This document shows positions 27,100 through 37,142 of a DNA stretch of 64,000 nt, in pieces. The notes under the pieces were generated by a model, which saw only the letters and a list, made by a program, of their open reading frames with translations, was not told the DNA's origin and searched no databases. The DNA comes from Candidatus Latescibacterota bacterium (GTDB lineage Bacteria > Latescibacterota > UBA2968 > UBA8231). How positions within the stretch are numbered: the first letter of the stretch is position 1; the number at the start of each line of letters is the position of its first letter. Location of the stretch: positions 160,001-224,000 of the forward strand of contig OZ252098.1 of assembly GCA_965248355.1 (NCBI GenBank), in the 5' to 3' direction. The position numbers and the translations under genes were made by a program.

Positions 27100-29519
27100 G
27101 GGGTGTCCACCTCTTCTCTGTCGTTCCCGTGCTCCCTCAGAACCAGGGCCAGGGCTCCGGCCAGGCAGACCCCGGCGAGCAGGAGGAGCCCCTTCCGCAG
27201 GGGCGATAGCCGCGCCCGGATCGCGATGTCGTGCTCGCCGGCCTCCAGCGGTATGGCCATGAAGCGGCCGGCCGTCTCCATGGGCTCGACCGGACTCCCG
27301 TCGACGGTGACCTGGAGATACGGGAAGTAGCCGTAGGCCAGCCGCGCGTGGCACCTGGCGGAGACCGCCACCCGCATCTCCACCTGCTGGTGGTCGACCC
27401 GGTGGGCCAGGACCCGCGCCGTGGGCGTGGTCCCCAGATCGAGTTCGCCCTCGAGGCCCCGGATGAGGATGCGCTCGCAGGAAAGGCCGCGGCCCGGGTG
27501 CAGGCCGGTCCGGAGGATGATTCCCAGCACCTTGACCGCGGGCCCGTCCAGCTCCCCGCCGAAGCGCGCGTTGATGCCGTCGAGGTCGGCTCTCCCTTCG
27601 TCGTAGCCCGCCAGGCGTCCGGAGACGACGATGGGGCTGTTCTCCAGGGAAAAGGCGAAGCCGGATCCGCGTTGGTTCGAGGTGGCGATCACGTAGCGCG
27701 TGTCGAGGAGCTGGAAACCGGCCAGGAGCGCGTCGAGGCGGGCGGCCTCGAGCCCTTCGAGCGAGTCGATCCGCGGCAACAACCCCTGCGCCCAATCGGT
27801 GAAGGGCTTCGTGAAGGCGTTGAGGGTCCGCAGCTCCCCGGGGTGAAAGGCCTCCGCAATCGGCGTCTTCCCCATGTAGAGCATCCGGGCCCGCCGCTTG
27901 TACGCGTACACGCCTTCGCCGATCCAGTGGGCCCGGTAGTTGGGCAGCTCGCCCCGCTCCTGGAAGGGCGCCGCCGCCTCCGCGGCTTCGGCGAACGTCT
28001 CCGGCCGCCAACCCGTGGGCAGGTAGTTCCCACCGGGGTAGTAGGGCTGAAGGAAGGTGGTGGGAAAGAGATCGATACCGAGGGCCAGCAGCAGCAGCGT
28101 GCACCGGCGGCTCCGCCCGGGCCCGCCGGGAACCCGCTGCAGGAGCAGATGGGCGCCGATGCCCGCGGCCAGGGCCAGGAAGAAGGCCAGGAAGAGCAGG
28201 TAGCGGGAGGCGTTGAAGGCATGGATGAGCGGCAGGGTGCTGATGGGCGGCAGCCGGTAGCCGACGACGACCAGCAGGGTGAGGACCAGGCAGACCCAGC
28301 AGGCGGCGAAGCGGCCTTCCCGCCGCCGCAGCGCGGCCGCTCCCCCGGCCAGAGCCATGACGCACAGCGAGATCCCCAGGTACCCCCCGTGCCAGTGATA
28401 GGGCTCCGGGGGGATCAGCCAGAAGCGGAAGTTCGACCAGCCCAGCAGGTGCCGCCAGGTGGGGTCGGGGACGCTCGACAGGTCCATGGCGAAGTCGTGC
28501 AGGCCCGTGTACCCGCGCTCGAAGTACATCCCCACGTTCATGTAGGAACCGAAGACGGTCCCCAGGACGAAGAGCAGGACGCCGGCGCGCAGGACTGGCC
28601 CCGTATCCGGGCGGCCCCGGCAGGACCACAGGCGCACGAGGCCGTAGCAGCCCGCCAGGGCCATGGCGAAGGCTCCGTACCCGGGGTGGGTGAAACCGAG
28701 CAGGGCGAGGCTCACCCCGCCCAGCAGGGCCGCCCGCATCCGGCGCCGGGAATCGACGACCTGCTCGATCCAGTAGAACGCCCACGGCAGGAGCGCGTAG
28801 AACAGGGACAGGGGCAGGCGGCCCATGATGAGCACGTGCTGGGCATGCCAGAAGCAGAGGGCGTAGCCCAGCCCGGCGATGAACCCGGCGGGGCGCGAGC
28901 GGCACAGGGTGGACGCCAGGTGGTACATGCCGAGGCCCGAGACCAGGTGGCCGGCGGCCATGACCAGCTTCAAGGACAGGAAGATGTCGCCGAAGACCAG
29001 GTCGGCGAGCCCCACGAGGTAGAAGAAGGCGAAGCCGTAGGTCTGGAAGACGGGCGATCCGGTGCCGATGAAGAACGTCCAGACCGGCACCTGGCCGTCG
29101 GCGATGGCTTGGGCGGCCAGCCACGAGTGGGCGATGTGGTGGGAGGCGTCGGCGGACCAGCTCAGCTCGCCGCGGGACAGGTAGTAGCGGAGGCTGACCA
29201 GCAGGCAGCCGGCGAGCAGCCACAAGGTCCTGAGCGGGCTGTCGAAGCAGTCCTGCAGGAAGCCGGTGAGGGCCCGGTGGCGCGCCTCTCCATACAGGAG
29301 CAGGGCGGCGGCCAGGAGGAACAGGGCGGCGAGCAGGCCATCGAGAAGGCCGAAGGAGATCTCCTGCTCGACGGCGCGCAGGAAACCGGTGAGGCGGACA
29401 TGGCTGGAGCCCGGCGCGAAGACCGAGAACTTCACCACCGTCACGTGCTGGATGCAGACGGACAGGGCGCCCAGGAAGACCAGCAGCCAGACCGTGGGGA
29501 AGGGACGTCCGGCGCTCAC
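27096..29519 (-). CDS. Multi-pass membrane protein, GT-C/YfhO/PTPS-related glycosyltransferase-like (807 aa)
   Basis: D..HH loop, VPVWTFFIGTGSPVFQTYG, many TMs, YfhO-like C-terminus YFPYLQVTVDG...FMAIPLEAGEHDI. Confidence 0.75.
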   Translation of the reverse strand: MSAGRPFPTVWLLVFLGALSVCIQHVTVVKFSVFAPGSSHVRLTGFLRAVEQEISFGLLDGLLAALFLLAAALLLYGEARHRALTGFLQDCFDSPLRTLWLLAGCLLVSLRYYLSRGELSWSADASHHIAHSWLAAQAIADGQVPVWTFFIGTGSPVFQTYGFAFFYLVGLADLVFGDIFLSLKLVMAAGHLVSGLGMYHLASTLCRSRPAGFIAGLGYALCFWHAQHVLIMGRLPLSLFYALLPWAFYWIEQVVDSRRRMRAALLGGVSLALLGFTHPGYGAFAMALAGCYGLVRLWSCRGRPDTGPVLRAGVLLFVLGTVFGSYMNVGMYFERGYTGLHDFAMDLSSVPDPTWRHLLGWSNFRFWLIPPEPYHWHGGYLGISLCVMALAGGAAALRRREGRFAACWVCLVLTLLVVVGYRLPPISTLPLIHAFNASRYLLFLAFFLALAAGIGAHLLLQRVPGGPGRSRRCTLLLLALGIDLFPTTFLQPYYPGGNYLPTGWRPETFAEAAEAAAPFQERGELPNYRAHWIGEGVYAYKRRARMLYMGKTPIAEAFHPGELRTLNAFTKPFTDWAQGLLPRIDSLEGLEAARLDALLAGFQLLDTRYVIATSNQRGSGFAFSLENSPIVVSGRLAGYDEGRADLDGINARFGGELDGPAVKVLGIILRTGLHPGRGLSCERILIRGLEGELDLGTTPTARVLAHRVDHQQVEMRVAVSARCHARLAYGYFPYLQVTVDGSPVEPMETAGRFMAIPLEAGEHDIAIRARLSPLRKGLLLLAGVCLAGALALVLREHGNDREEVDTP

Positions 29520-29538
29520 CGGCGATCCTCCATGCTTC

Positions 29539-30298
29539 CTAGGGTCGATCCGTACCCGCCGGGGAGGAACCGCGGCGCTCGGTCTCGAGGGCGCTCCTGA
29601 CCAGGGCCGTCAGACCGATGCGGTACAGCTCGCCGAGGGCCGTGTCCACCTGAGCGGGGCGGGCCCGGTCCGGCCCGCCGGCCTGCCGGCGAAGGGTCTT
29701 GTGGCGCAGGGCGCCGGCGAACAGCCCCTGTTCGTCGAGCACGGGCAGGACGTGGAAGTCCAGCCATCCGGGATGGACCCGCACCGAGGCCAGGGAATCG
29801 TCCATGCGCAGGCAGACCACGTCCCGGCGCATGAGGGCGGAGACCGGGGCCTGGGCCCGTCCGGCCATCAGCTCTCTCAGGCTGAGGACCCCGGCCAGGC
29901 TCTGGTCGCGTTCGACCACGAAGGTGTAGTGCAGGGCGTGCTCCGCCTGGGCGCGCACCCGGGCGAGGGCCTCGGCGGCGGTCACCTCGGGCGGCAGGGT
30001 GAGCACCCGGGGATCCATCAGCGCCCCGGCCGTATCCTCGCGGCAACTCAGCAGGAGGTCGAGGTCCTGGCCGGGGCCCGGGGGCAGCAGCGGCTGGATG
30101 GCCTGGCGCGCCTCCGGGAGCAGACGGCGCAGGAGCAGGGCGGCGCGTTCCAGGGGGACCCCTGCCAGGGCCTCGGCGGCCCGGCCCGCCTCCATGCGCT
30201 CCAGGCAGCTCGTCGAGCGAGCAGTTCTCCAGTACGCGGGCGGCCTCGCGGGGGTGGCCGCGGATGAAGCGGTCGATCAGGACCGGGACTTCCTCCAC
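29539..30298 (-). pseudogene. MgtE-N/CBS-pair protein, frameshifted near 30205
   Basis: GTG start (VEEVPVLIDRFIRGHPREAARVLE) is in a different frame from the downstream MEAGRAA...TAGALMDPRV CBS pair. Confidence 0.7.
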
Positions 30299-30302
30299 CG
30301 GC

Positions 30303-30890
30303 TCACCTCCTCTCCCCCAGCAGGACCGAGGTCTCCTCGCCGAAGACCGAGGCCGGCACCGATACCCTGCCTTCCTCGGCCTCCAGCACCACCGTGGTGG
30401 CCGTGATCTCGACGATCTCGCCCTGGAACCCGCCGACGCGCACTCGGTGGCCCAGCTTGTACGTCTTCTGCAGGTAGTGGCAGGCCAGGATATTGGCCAC
30501 CGTCGTCCGCGCTCCGAGGGCAAAGGTCAGGACCCCGCCCAGCACCGCTTCCGAGGAACCCCGCCTGGTCCACGGCGACGAGCACACTCACCACGAAGAT
30601 CGCCATCTGACCCAGTCGGGCCAGGGCGGTCCCGTACGCGACCCCGCGGAGGCGGCCGCCGAGAGGACGAGGTCCCTGAGGAAGTGGCCGCCCAGCACAC
30701 CCGCGAACAGGATGAGGACGGCGGCGAGAAACCGGGGCAGGTAGGTGACGAGACCGCTGAGCCAGAACAGCAGGACCATCCAGAAGAGGACCCGGCCGGC
30801 CCCGTGCCGAAAATCGGCTCCCCGTCCGAGGCGGGGCCCCAGGCCTGGGGCGAGGCGGTCCAGCTCGCCCATCAGCTGCTCGTATGACAT
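30303..30890 (-). pseudogene. Small-conductance mechanosensitive channel (TM-helix/MscS-like) remnant
   Basis: Fragments in three frames: YLPRFLAAVLIL; AIFVVSVLVAVDQAG; FALGARTTVANILA...YKLGHRVRVGGFQGEIVEIT. Confidence 0.7.
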
Positions 30891-30927
30891 GGGGTCTCTC
30901 TCCCGCCGGGTGGCGGCGGTGTCGAAT

Positions 30928-32031
30928 CTAGGCTTCGGGCACCCCCGGCGGTCCCTGGTAGCCGATGCTCCCCCAGCCGGCCACGTCGCCGCCGTACATG
31001 CGGTACGGGTGGGGGAACAGCCGCAGGGAGCGGTCCTCCAGGGGCAGGTGGACGCGCTCGTGATCCCGGCTCGCCGACAGGGTCAGGGCCAGGGCGACCT
31101 CGAGCACGTGCAGGTAGTCCCGGCCGCTGCACGCCACCTCGCCGCCTTCCCGGGCCGCCCGCAGCAGGCGCTCGATGACCAGGGTGAAGGCGCCGGCCCG
31201 GGGACCGCCGTCCAGGAAGTCGGGGAGGACCGGCGATTCCCGGGCGCCGGTCCCCTGCAGAAGCACCGGCCGCGGCCCCCCGAGGAAGACCCGGCCCCGC
31301 TCGCCGGTGGCGGAGACGGTGCAGGCCACGGGCCGGTCCGGGACCGGCTCGGCGATCTCGCAGACGATGCCCCCCGACAGCCCCAGCCGGCCGTACGCCG
31401 GGCAGTCGACCTCGTGGTCGGCGGCCGCCTCGGGCGAGGCGTAGGGGCCCACCGGAGGCAGGGTCCAACCCTCGGCCCATTCCACCTCCATCCCCGTCAG
31501 GTGCCCCATGACGATCAGGGTGGCGCAGCCGCCGCCGGAGACCTCCGTGGGCAGGCCGGCGGGGATGGCGGCGCCGGTGAGGGCCCCGATGTGGCCCCGG
31601 CGCACCCAGTCGACGACCTCCCCCTGGTACGGCAGCTGCCAGTGACTCGTGCCGCAGCCCAGGGCCGTGCCGCGCTCGCGGCAGACGCGGATCATCTCGT
31701 CCGCCTTGGACAACTGCGCGGCGATCGGTTTCTCGATCGACACCACCCGCACCCCGGCCTCGGCGCAGGCCAGCACGGCGGGATGGGACTGGGCCACCGG
31801 CAGGATGGCCGACACCACGTCCGGCACCTCGCGGCGCAGGAGTTCCTCCACGTCGTCGAAGGTGGCGGGCACACCGTAGCGCTCGGCGAAGGCCTGGCGG
31901 CGGCCTCTGGCGCGGTCGACGAGGGCGATCACCTCGCAGTCGGGGTGGTCGGCGTAGGCGCGCAGGTAGAAGCGCCCCCAGGTGCCGGCGCCGCCCACGA
32001 CGGCCACGCGCACGGGTCTGTCTGCGTTCAC
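30928..32031 (-). CDS. Gfo/Idh/MocA family oxidoreductase
   Basis: GAGGAG RBS before GTG. VAVVGGAGTWG Rossmann motif and IEKPIA. Confidence 0.92.
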   Translation of the reverse strand: MNADRPVRVAVVGGAGTWGRFYLRAYADHPDCEVIALVDRARGRRQAFAERYGVPATFDDVEELLRREVPDVVSAILPVAQSHPAVLACAEAGVRVVSIEKPIAAQLSKADEMIRVCRERGTALGCGTSHWQLPYQGEVVDWVRRGHIGALTGAAIPAGLPTEVSGGGCATLIVMGHLTGMEVEWAEGWTLPPVGPYASPEAAADHEVDCPAYGRLGLSGGIVCEIAEPVPDRPVACTVSATGERGRVFLGGPRPVLLQGTGARESPVLPDFLDGGPRAGAFTLVIERLLRAAREGGEVACSGRDYLHVLEVALALTLSASRDHERVHLPLEDRSLRLFPHPYRMYGGDVAGWGSIGYQGPPGVPEA

Positions 32032-32116
32032 GGCGGGCTCCTCGGTGTCTTGGTGGTGCGTTGACTCAAACCGTATGGCTCCGTCCGGTGGTTTCACAAA
32101 CAGCCGGCAACCGGGA

Positions 32117-33055
32117 TCAGGCCGGCGGCGGGCGGTCGTCCTGGGCGCCCAGGACGCTGAGCATCGAGCCGATGACGACCACGGCCGCCCCGCCCAGGCT
32201 GGTGGCCCCGAGGCGCTCCGGCTCGAGCAGGTCCGGTCTCACTCTCGACAGCAGCTGCACGTTGGCCAGGACGAACAGCGGCGTGAGGGCGATGATCATG
32301 CCGATCCGGGAGGCTTCGACGCGGGCCAGGGCGGCGGCGAAGCCGAGGTAGGACAGGACGGCCATCACCCCGGTGCTGACCAGCAGCGCGAGCATGGGCC
32401 CTTCGAGGGCCAGGACCGCCGAGGGCGTGGCCATGGGGGTCAGCAGGACGGCGCCGGTCAGGTAGACGCACAGCAGCACGGCGTCGGAGCGCAGGTAGAG
32501 GAGCAGCTGCTTCTGCCCCAGCATGTAGAACCCCCACAGCAGGGCGGCCGCGGCGATGAGCAGCACCCCCGTGCCCTGGTCGTCCACGTCGGCCATGAGC
32601 GGGCCCAGACGGGGACTGAAGAACAGGCCGAGGCCGGCCAGGAGGATGGCGACGCCGAGCCACTGCAGCCGCTGGAAGCGCTCGCCGAAGCACACCATGC
32701 CGCCGAGGAGCATGAACACCGGCGACAGCTGGATGACGATCTGCGCGGTTCCCGGCGAGATGAACTCCAACCCCTTCTGGAAGGTGAGGTGGTTTCCGGT
32801 GAGGCCCGCCACCGTCAGGATCAGCAGGACCAGGGGCAGGCCGCGCAGCCGGGCGGCGTCTCTCAGGACCCCGGGCAGGGCCAGGGGCATCAGCAGGAGA
32901 CCCGCGGTGAGGAACCGGAACCAGGTCAGGGTGACCACGTCCACGTGGCGCAGGAGGATCTTCAGCGCTACCGGGAGGGTGCCCCAGATCCAGGCGGTGA
33001 ACAGGCCCAGGGCCAGTCCCAGGACGACGCTTCCGGAGGGGCGGTGCAGCTCCAT
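32117..33055 (-). CDS. DMT/EamA family transporter
   Basis: Ten TMs, two EamA repeats, IWGTLPVALK...WFRF. Confidence 0.92.
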   Translation of the reverse strand: MELHRPSGSVVLGLALGLFTAWIWGTLPVALKILLRHVDVVTLTWFRFLTAGLLLMPLALPGVLRDAARLRGLPLVLLILTVAGLTGNHLTFQKGLEFISPGTAQIVIQLSPVFMLLGGMVCFGERFQRLQWLGVAILLAGLGLFFSPRLGPLMADVDDQGTGVLLIAAAALLWGFYMLGQKQLLLYLRSDAVLLCVYLTGAVLLTPMATPSAVLALEGPMLALLVSTGVMAVLSYLGFAAALARVEASRIGMIIALTPLFVLANVQLLSRVRPDLLEPERLGATSLGGAAVVVIGSMLSVLGAQDDRPPPA

Positions 33056-33277
33056 GTCGGTGATGGCTTCCTGTCGGGTGACCGCCGGCGGACCCCGCCG
33101 GTCGCCTCGGGCCGCGCGCGGTTCTTGCCCCTTGCCGGGGCATCATCGAGATTGCGCCGCTCTCGTCGACCAAATGGTAGGCGCCTCCGGCCTGGCGGGC
33201 ACCCGTTGCCGCGCGGTCGAGCCGCCGGGTGACGGGAAGGCGGACGGAAAGCGCAACCAAGGGAGGAGGGGGAGCGC

Positions 33278-34207
33278 ATGGAACTGGAGCGATTCGAGGG
33301 GCTCTTTCCGGCGGCGATCACGCCGATGGACAAGGAGGGAGACCTCGACGAGGCCGCCCTGGAGAAGGTGCTGGAGTTCAACATGCAGGCGGGCGTGCAG
33401 GGGTTCTGGCTGGCCGGCGGCACCGGCGAGAGCGTGCTGCTCGACGACGAGGAGAACATGCGCGTCGCCTCCCTCGCCGTGGACCGGACGGCGGGGAGGG
33501 CGGCGACCATCATGCACGTGGGCACGCCCACCACGCGCCGCTCCGTGCGCCTGGCCGAGCACGCGGCCGGGGCCGGCGCCGACGCCATCTGCTGCGTGCC
33601 CCCGTTCTACTACTCCCGTTCCGACGACGAGATCGTCGAGCACTACAGGGCGGTGGCCGACGCCGCGGGCCTGCCTCTCTTCCTCTACAACCTGCCGGGC
33701 ATGACGGGCGTGGAGATCACCCTCGACCTGGTGCGCCGGATCCGGGACGGGGTGCCGCAGCTGGCCGGCCTCAAGCATTCCTCGTCCAATCAGCCCGTGG
33801 TGCACGACTTCGCGCAGATGGGCCTGCGCTGCTTCATCGGCAACAGTATGTCCATGTTGCCGGCCATGGCCATCGGCGCCGTGGGCTGCGTCGACGGCCC
33901 GCCGCTGATCGACCCGGCGACGTGGCTGGAGATCCGGGACGCCTACCGCCACCGAGACCTCCCCCGGGCCGAGGCCGCTCAGCGCCGCGCCCGGGAGGTG
34001 GTGCGGGCGGTCTTCGACCTGGGAGGTGAGCGCTACATCGCCTCGATCAAGGCGGTCATGTCCCACCGTCTGGGGGTTGAGTGCGGGGACCCGAGGCCGC
34101 CGGCTCGGCCCTTGACCGATGAGGAGCGCCGCCGTGTGGTGGAGACCGCCGAGTCCCTGGGCCTGGGTCGGGTGCGGCTCCAGGCGGGCGGCGTCTCGCA
34201 GGACTGA
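33278..34207 (+). CDS. Dihydrodipicolinate synthase / N-acetylneuraminate lyase family aldolase
   Basis: GGTGES, LYNLP (Tyr) and GLKHS (Schiff-base Lys). Confidence 0.92.
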   Translation: MELERFEGLFPAAITPMDKEGDLDEAALEKVLEFNMQAGVQGFWLAGGTGESVLLDDEENMRVASLAVDRTAGRAATIMHVGTPTTRRSVRLAEHAAGAGADAICCVPPFYYSRSDDEIVEHYRAVADAAGLPLFLYNLPGMTGVEITLDLVRRIRDGVPQLAGLKHSSSNQPVVHDFAQMGLRCFIGNSMSMLPAMAIGAVGCVDGPPLIDPATWLEIRDAYRHRDLPRAEAAQRRAREVVRAVFDLGGERYIASIKAVMSHRLGVECGDPRPPARPLTDEERRRVVETAESLGLGRVRLQAGGVSQD

Positions 34208-34252
34208 GCCGTCCGGCGAGGGTTGGACGCGTCCGCCGCCGCGGGCCAGGCG

Positions 34253-35650
34253 CTACTGGAAGAGGAGGAACCCGAACTCGTCGGGGGCGTGGCCGCTTCC
34301 GGCGAAGGTGCGGACCCACTGGCTGTACTCGGCGCCGCGGTGGGTCCGCACGAAGTTCGCTCCCCAGGCGTCTCCAGACCGGGGACGCGGCAGCCAGGGC
34401 TCGCCGAACCGCAGGACGACCTCCACCGACCACGCGTCGTCACTCACGAAGGCCCCGACCTCGGCGTCGGCGTCCCAGGTCTTGTCCTTGCTCGGCAAGC
34501 CGTCCGAATGCCAGGCGTCGGAGCGCACGCCGAGGCTGTTGATGCCCATGTGGACGTAGCTGCGGTGGTCGAGGGTGGCGTCGAGGAAGATCTCGAGAAC
34601 GTCCTCCCACCAGATCTCCCCGTCTTCCTCGTGGGTCCTCACCACGAGGCTGTCGGGGCTCGAGTCGTATCCGACGAACCCCATGAAGAGGGCTTCGTCG
34701 CTCCAGGCGAGGAGGATCTCCGACGCTACCGGCGAGGGGAACGCCGCCCGGTGGGCGAAGACGAAGACGTAGAAGTGGCTGGCGGAGGCCGCCGCCGACC
34801 ACAGGGGCTCGTCGAGGCGTCCATCGGCGACCGGGGTTCCCGATACGCGGGGCACGTCGAGGAGCATGCCGTTGCGGCGCAGCATCCGCAGGCCCCGGTC
34901 GCGGCGGCCGGCGTCGAAGTGCATCCGGGAGAGGCGATAGGCTGCGTAGCGGCTGTCGGGCACCAGCTCGAGGGCGGCCGTGTACAGGGACTCGGCGGCG
35001 GCCGGCTGGGCCTGGATCTCCAGGGCCCGCCCCTCGTCGACGAGGTCGGCGGCGCGGTTCTCCAGAAGGATGCGGGCCTCGAGCGCCACCTCCTCGTGGG
35101 GATGGCCGCTGAGCTCCACCACCTTCCCGAACCGCTGTTCCACCTGTTCCGGACTCATGCGGCCCTCGAGGGCCGCCAGTGCGATCAGGGATTGGAGCAC
35201 GACCTCCCCGGAGTCGTCCGTCAGCCCGGATTCGAGGAGAGGATCGAGAAAGGCGGGCCGGCGGTGAAGACCGGCCGACCGGGCGATGCGCGCCCTCACC
35301 TCCGGGTCGGGGTCGCTGGCGAGGTGCTCCCTGAGAGCCTCCTCGATGCGCGGGTCGTCGACGCGCAGATTCAGGCTGGCCAGCACGTCGACCACGTCGA
35401 GGCGGACGGCGGACCTCCCGGGGTCTTCGAGAGCGCTGAGCAGGGGCTCCACGGAGCGGTCCTTGGCCAGCAGCAACTCCTGGCGGGCCTCTTCGTGCCG
35501 GGAAGGATCGCCGAGGTCGTCCACCGCCCGGTCGGTGGCCGAGTCGCAGGCCGCGAGAAGCAGCGGCAGGAGGAGGACGGCCGCAGACCGCGGGAAGGCC
35601 CCTCGGCGAGGCCCCGTAGAGGAAGCGGTGCGTCGAAGGAGAGCAGGCAT
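34253..35650 (-). CDS. Lipoprotein: HEAT repeats + TPR + CBM9-like sugar-binding domain
   Basis: LLLAAC lipobox; DPDPEVRARIA HEAT; PVADGRLDEPLW...EDVLEIFLD...WSVEVVLRF...WGANFVR CBM9-like. Confidence 0.75.
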   Translation of the reverse strand: MPALLRRTASSTGPRRGAFPRSAAVLLLPLLLAACDSATDRAVDDLGDPSRHEEARQELLLAKDRSVEPLLSALEDPGRSAVRLDVVDVLASLNLRVDDPRIEEALREHLASDPDPEVRARIARSAGLHRRPAFLDPLLESGLTDDSGEVVLQSLIALAALEGRMSPEQVEQRFGKVVELSGHPHEEVALEARILLENRAADLVDEGRALEIQAQPAAAESLYTAALELVPDSRYAAYRLSRMHFDAGRRDRGLRMLRRNGMLLDVPRVSGTPVADGRLDEPLWSAAASASHFYVFVFAHRAAFPSPVASEILLAWSDEALFMGFVGYDSSPDSLVVRTHEEDGEIWWEDVLEIFLDATLDHRSYVHMGINSLGVRSDAWHSDGLPSKDKTWDADAEVGAFVSDDAWSVEVVLRFGEPWLPRPRSGDAWGANFVRTHRGAEYSQWVRTFAGSGHAPDEFGFLLFQ

Positions 35651-35728
35651 CCCGGCAATCTGTTGATCCGTTCGCGTTTCTGTGCTTCGATCGGTCAAGG
35701 AAGCGCTCCTCACCGGGCCCACCGGCGG

Positions 35729-35756
35729 ATTCTCGAGGCTGTGAAACGGCGGTCAA
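35729..35756 (-). promoter_or_regulatory. Candidate sigma70 promoter for the HEAT/CBM9 lipoprotein gene
   Basis: Minus strand TTGACC-N16-GAGAAT about 80 bp upstream of the ATG. Confidence 0.35.
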
Positions 35757-35864
35757 TGCTAACGTCTGGAGGAACCTGTTCCCGGGCAAGGGCCCGGGCG
35801 CAATCCTTCGCAGGACCTCCCGGCGGAGGCGCGATCGTCAGAGTCCGGCACCGCTCTTCGCGAT

Positions 35865-37019
35865 TCACCCGCCGCCAGCGGGACCTTTGCCCTCCTCCAC
35901 CTCCCGCCAACGCCTGCGGATCTGCGCCGGCGACGCCGTGCCGGTGGTGCCGACCTGCTGCACAGTGATCGAGGCTGCGAGGCTGGCCACCAGGGCCGCC
36001 TCCACCGGTGAGGCCCCGGCGGCCATGCACGACGCCAGGGCGGCGGTGCTGCTGTCGCCCGCGCCCACCGGGTCGACGGGGATTCCGGAGACGGGGAAGC
36101 CGCTCACGTGGTGAACCGGCCCCTCTGGAACGGCCACGACGAGGCCCCGCTCGGCCAGCGTGAGAAAGACCGGTCGCTTCCTCGCCGCCAGCCGCCGGGC
36201 CTGGGTCGCCGCCGCCCCGATCGAACGCGCCGGCGGCAGGCCGAGGGCGGCCGCGGCCTCGTGGTGATTCGGCTTGATCGGCAGACGTCCGAAGCGGTGG
36301 ATGCGCCGGCGGGAATCGGCCAGGACCACCATCTCCGGACGCCTCCGGGCCAGGTCCTCCAGGCAGGAGCGCAGTCTCGAGGTGATCACGCCGCAGCCCG
36401 CCTCCGGGACCTGATCGACGACGACGAGGGCGTCCCATTCGCCGGCGCCGCGCAGATATCCGATCAGCCGGTCCAGGACCGCCTTCGGGGTTCGCCGGCG
36501 GTTCCGGATGTCGAGGCGCTGCAGCTCCCCGCCGAGGACGAGCCGGCCTCCGTCCCGGCGCACGCAGCAGAGCTTGCCGTAGGTCGGCGTGCGCCGCCGG
36601 GCCACGGTGAGGAAGCCGGCCATCTCGAGGCCGAGGCCCTCCAGGGCGCGCCTCAGCTCCCAGCCCTCCCCATCCTCGCCACAGAAGCCGACGGCGTGCA
36701 CGCGGCCGGCGCCCAGGGCGGCGAGGTTGGCGGCGACGGCGCCGGCGGCGCCCGCCTGCCGGCGGGTGCGCACCACCTGGTAGCAGGTGGCGCCCGTCTC
36801 CAGAGAGGCTTCGTCGAGGTGCCGGTCGCAGTCGTAGTAGGCGTCGAGGAAGAAGTCGCCCACGACGGCGATCCGGAGGCCGCGGAGCCGTCGCAGCAAC
36901 TCGTCGAGCCGCCGGCGGGAGAGGGCGGTGCTCAGCCTGGCGCCGTGCCGGGGGACCCGGGGAGGGCGTGCGATGGCCGATGGCGGGGAACCGGGCCTGC
37001 CTCGGGCAGTCACTGCCAT
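35865..37019 (-). CDS. PfkB-family kinase, HldE/RfaE domain I-like (start uncertain)
   Basis: IAVVGDFFLDAY, GAAGAVAANLAALG, KPNHHEA, DPVGAGDS. Confidence 0.85.
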   Translation of the reverse strand: MAVTARGRPGSPPSAIARPPRVPRHGARLSTALSRRRLDELLRRLRGLRIAVVGDFFLDAYYDCDRHLDEASLETGATCYQVVRTRRQAGAAGAVAANLAALGAGRVHAVGFCGEDGEGWELRRALEGLGLEMAGFLTVARRRTPTYGKLCCVRRDGGRLVLGGELQRLDIRNRRRTPKAVLDRLIGYLRGAGEWDALVVVDQVPEAGCGVITSRLRSCLEDLARRRPEMVVLADSRRRIHRFGRLPIKPNHHEAAAALGLPPARSIGAAATQARRLAARKRPVFLTLAERGLVVAVPEGPVHHVSGFPVSGIPVDPVGAGDSSTAALASCMAAGASPVEAALVASLAASITVQQVGTTGTASPAQIRRRWREVEEGKGPAGGG

Positions 37020-37080
37020 GTCGGAGTCACGCGGCTTCGAGAGCCGTCCGGGGAGGGGCTGGAGCCGGCCTCGGGCGGCC

Positions 37081-37110
37081 TTGCTGCAATCATGAACCCC
37101 GGCCTAGATT
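37081..37110 (+). promoter_or_regulatory. Candidate sigma70 promoter for the galU operon
   Basis: TTGCTG-N18-TAGATT in the divergent intergenic region. Confidence 0.35.
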
Positions 37111-37142
37111 GCTGCAAGTCAGCCCCTTCCAAGAGGTCTCCG

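Noticed and set aside
33278-34207. Assigning dapA or nanA specifically
   Set aside because: Family motifs are present but the specificity residues are not diagnostic (GGTGE), and there are no lysine or nan pathway neighbours.
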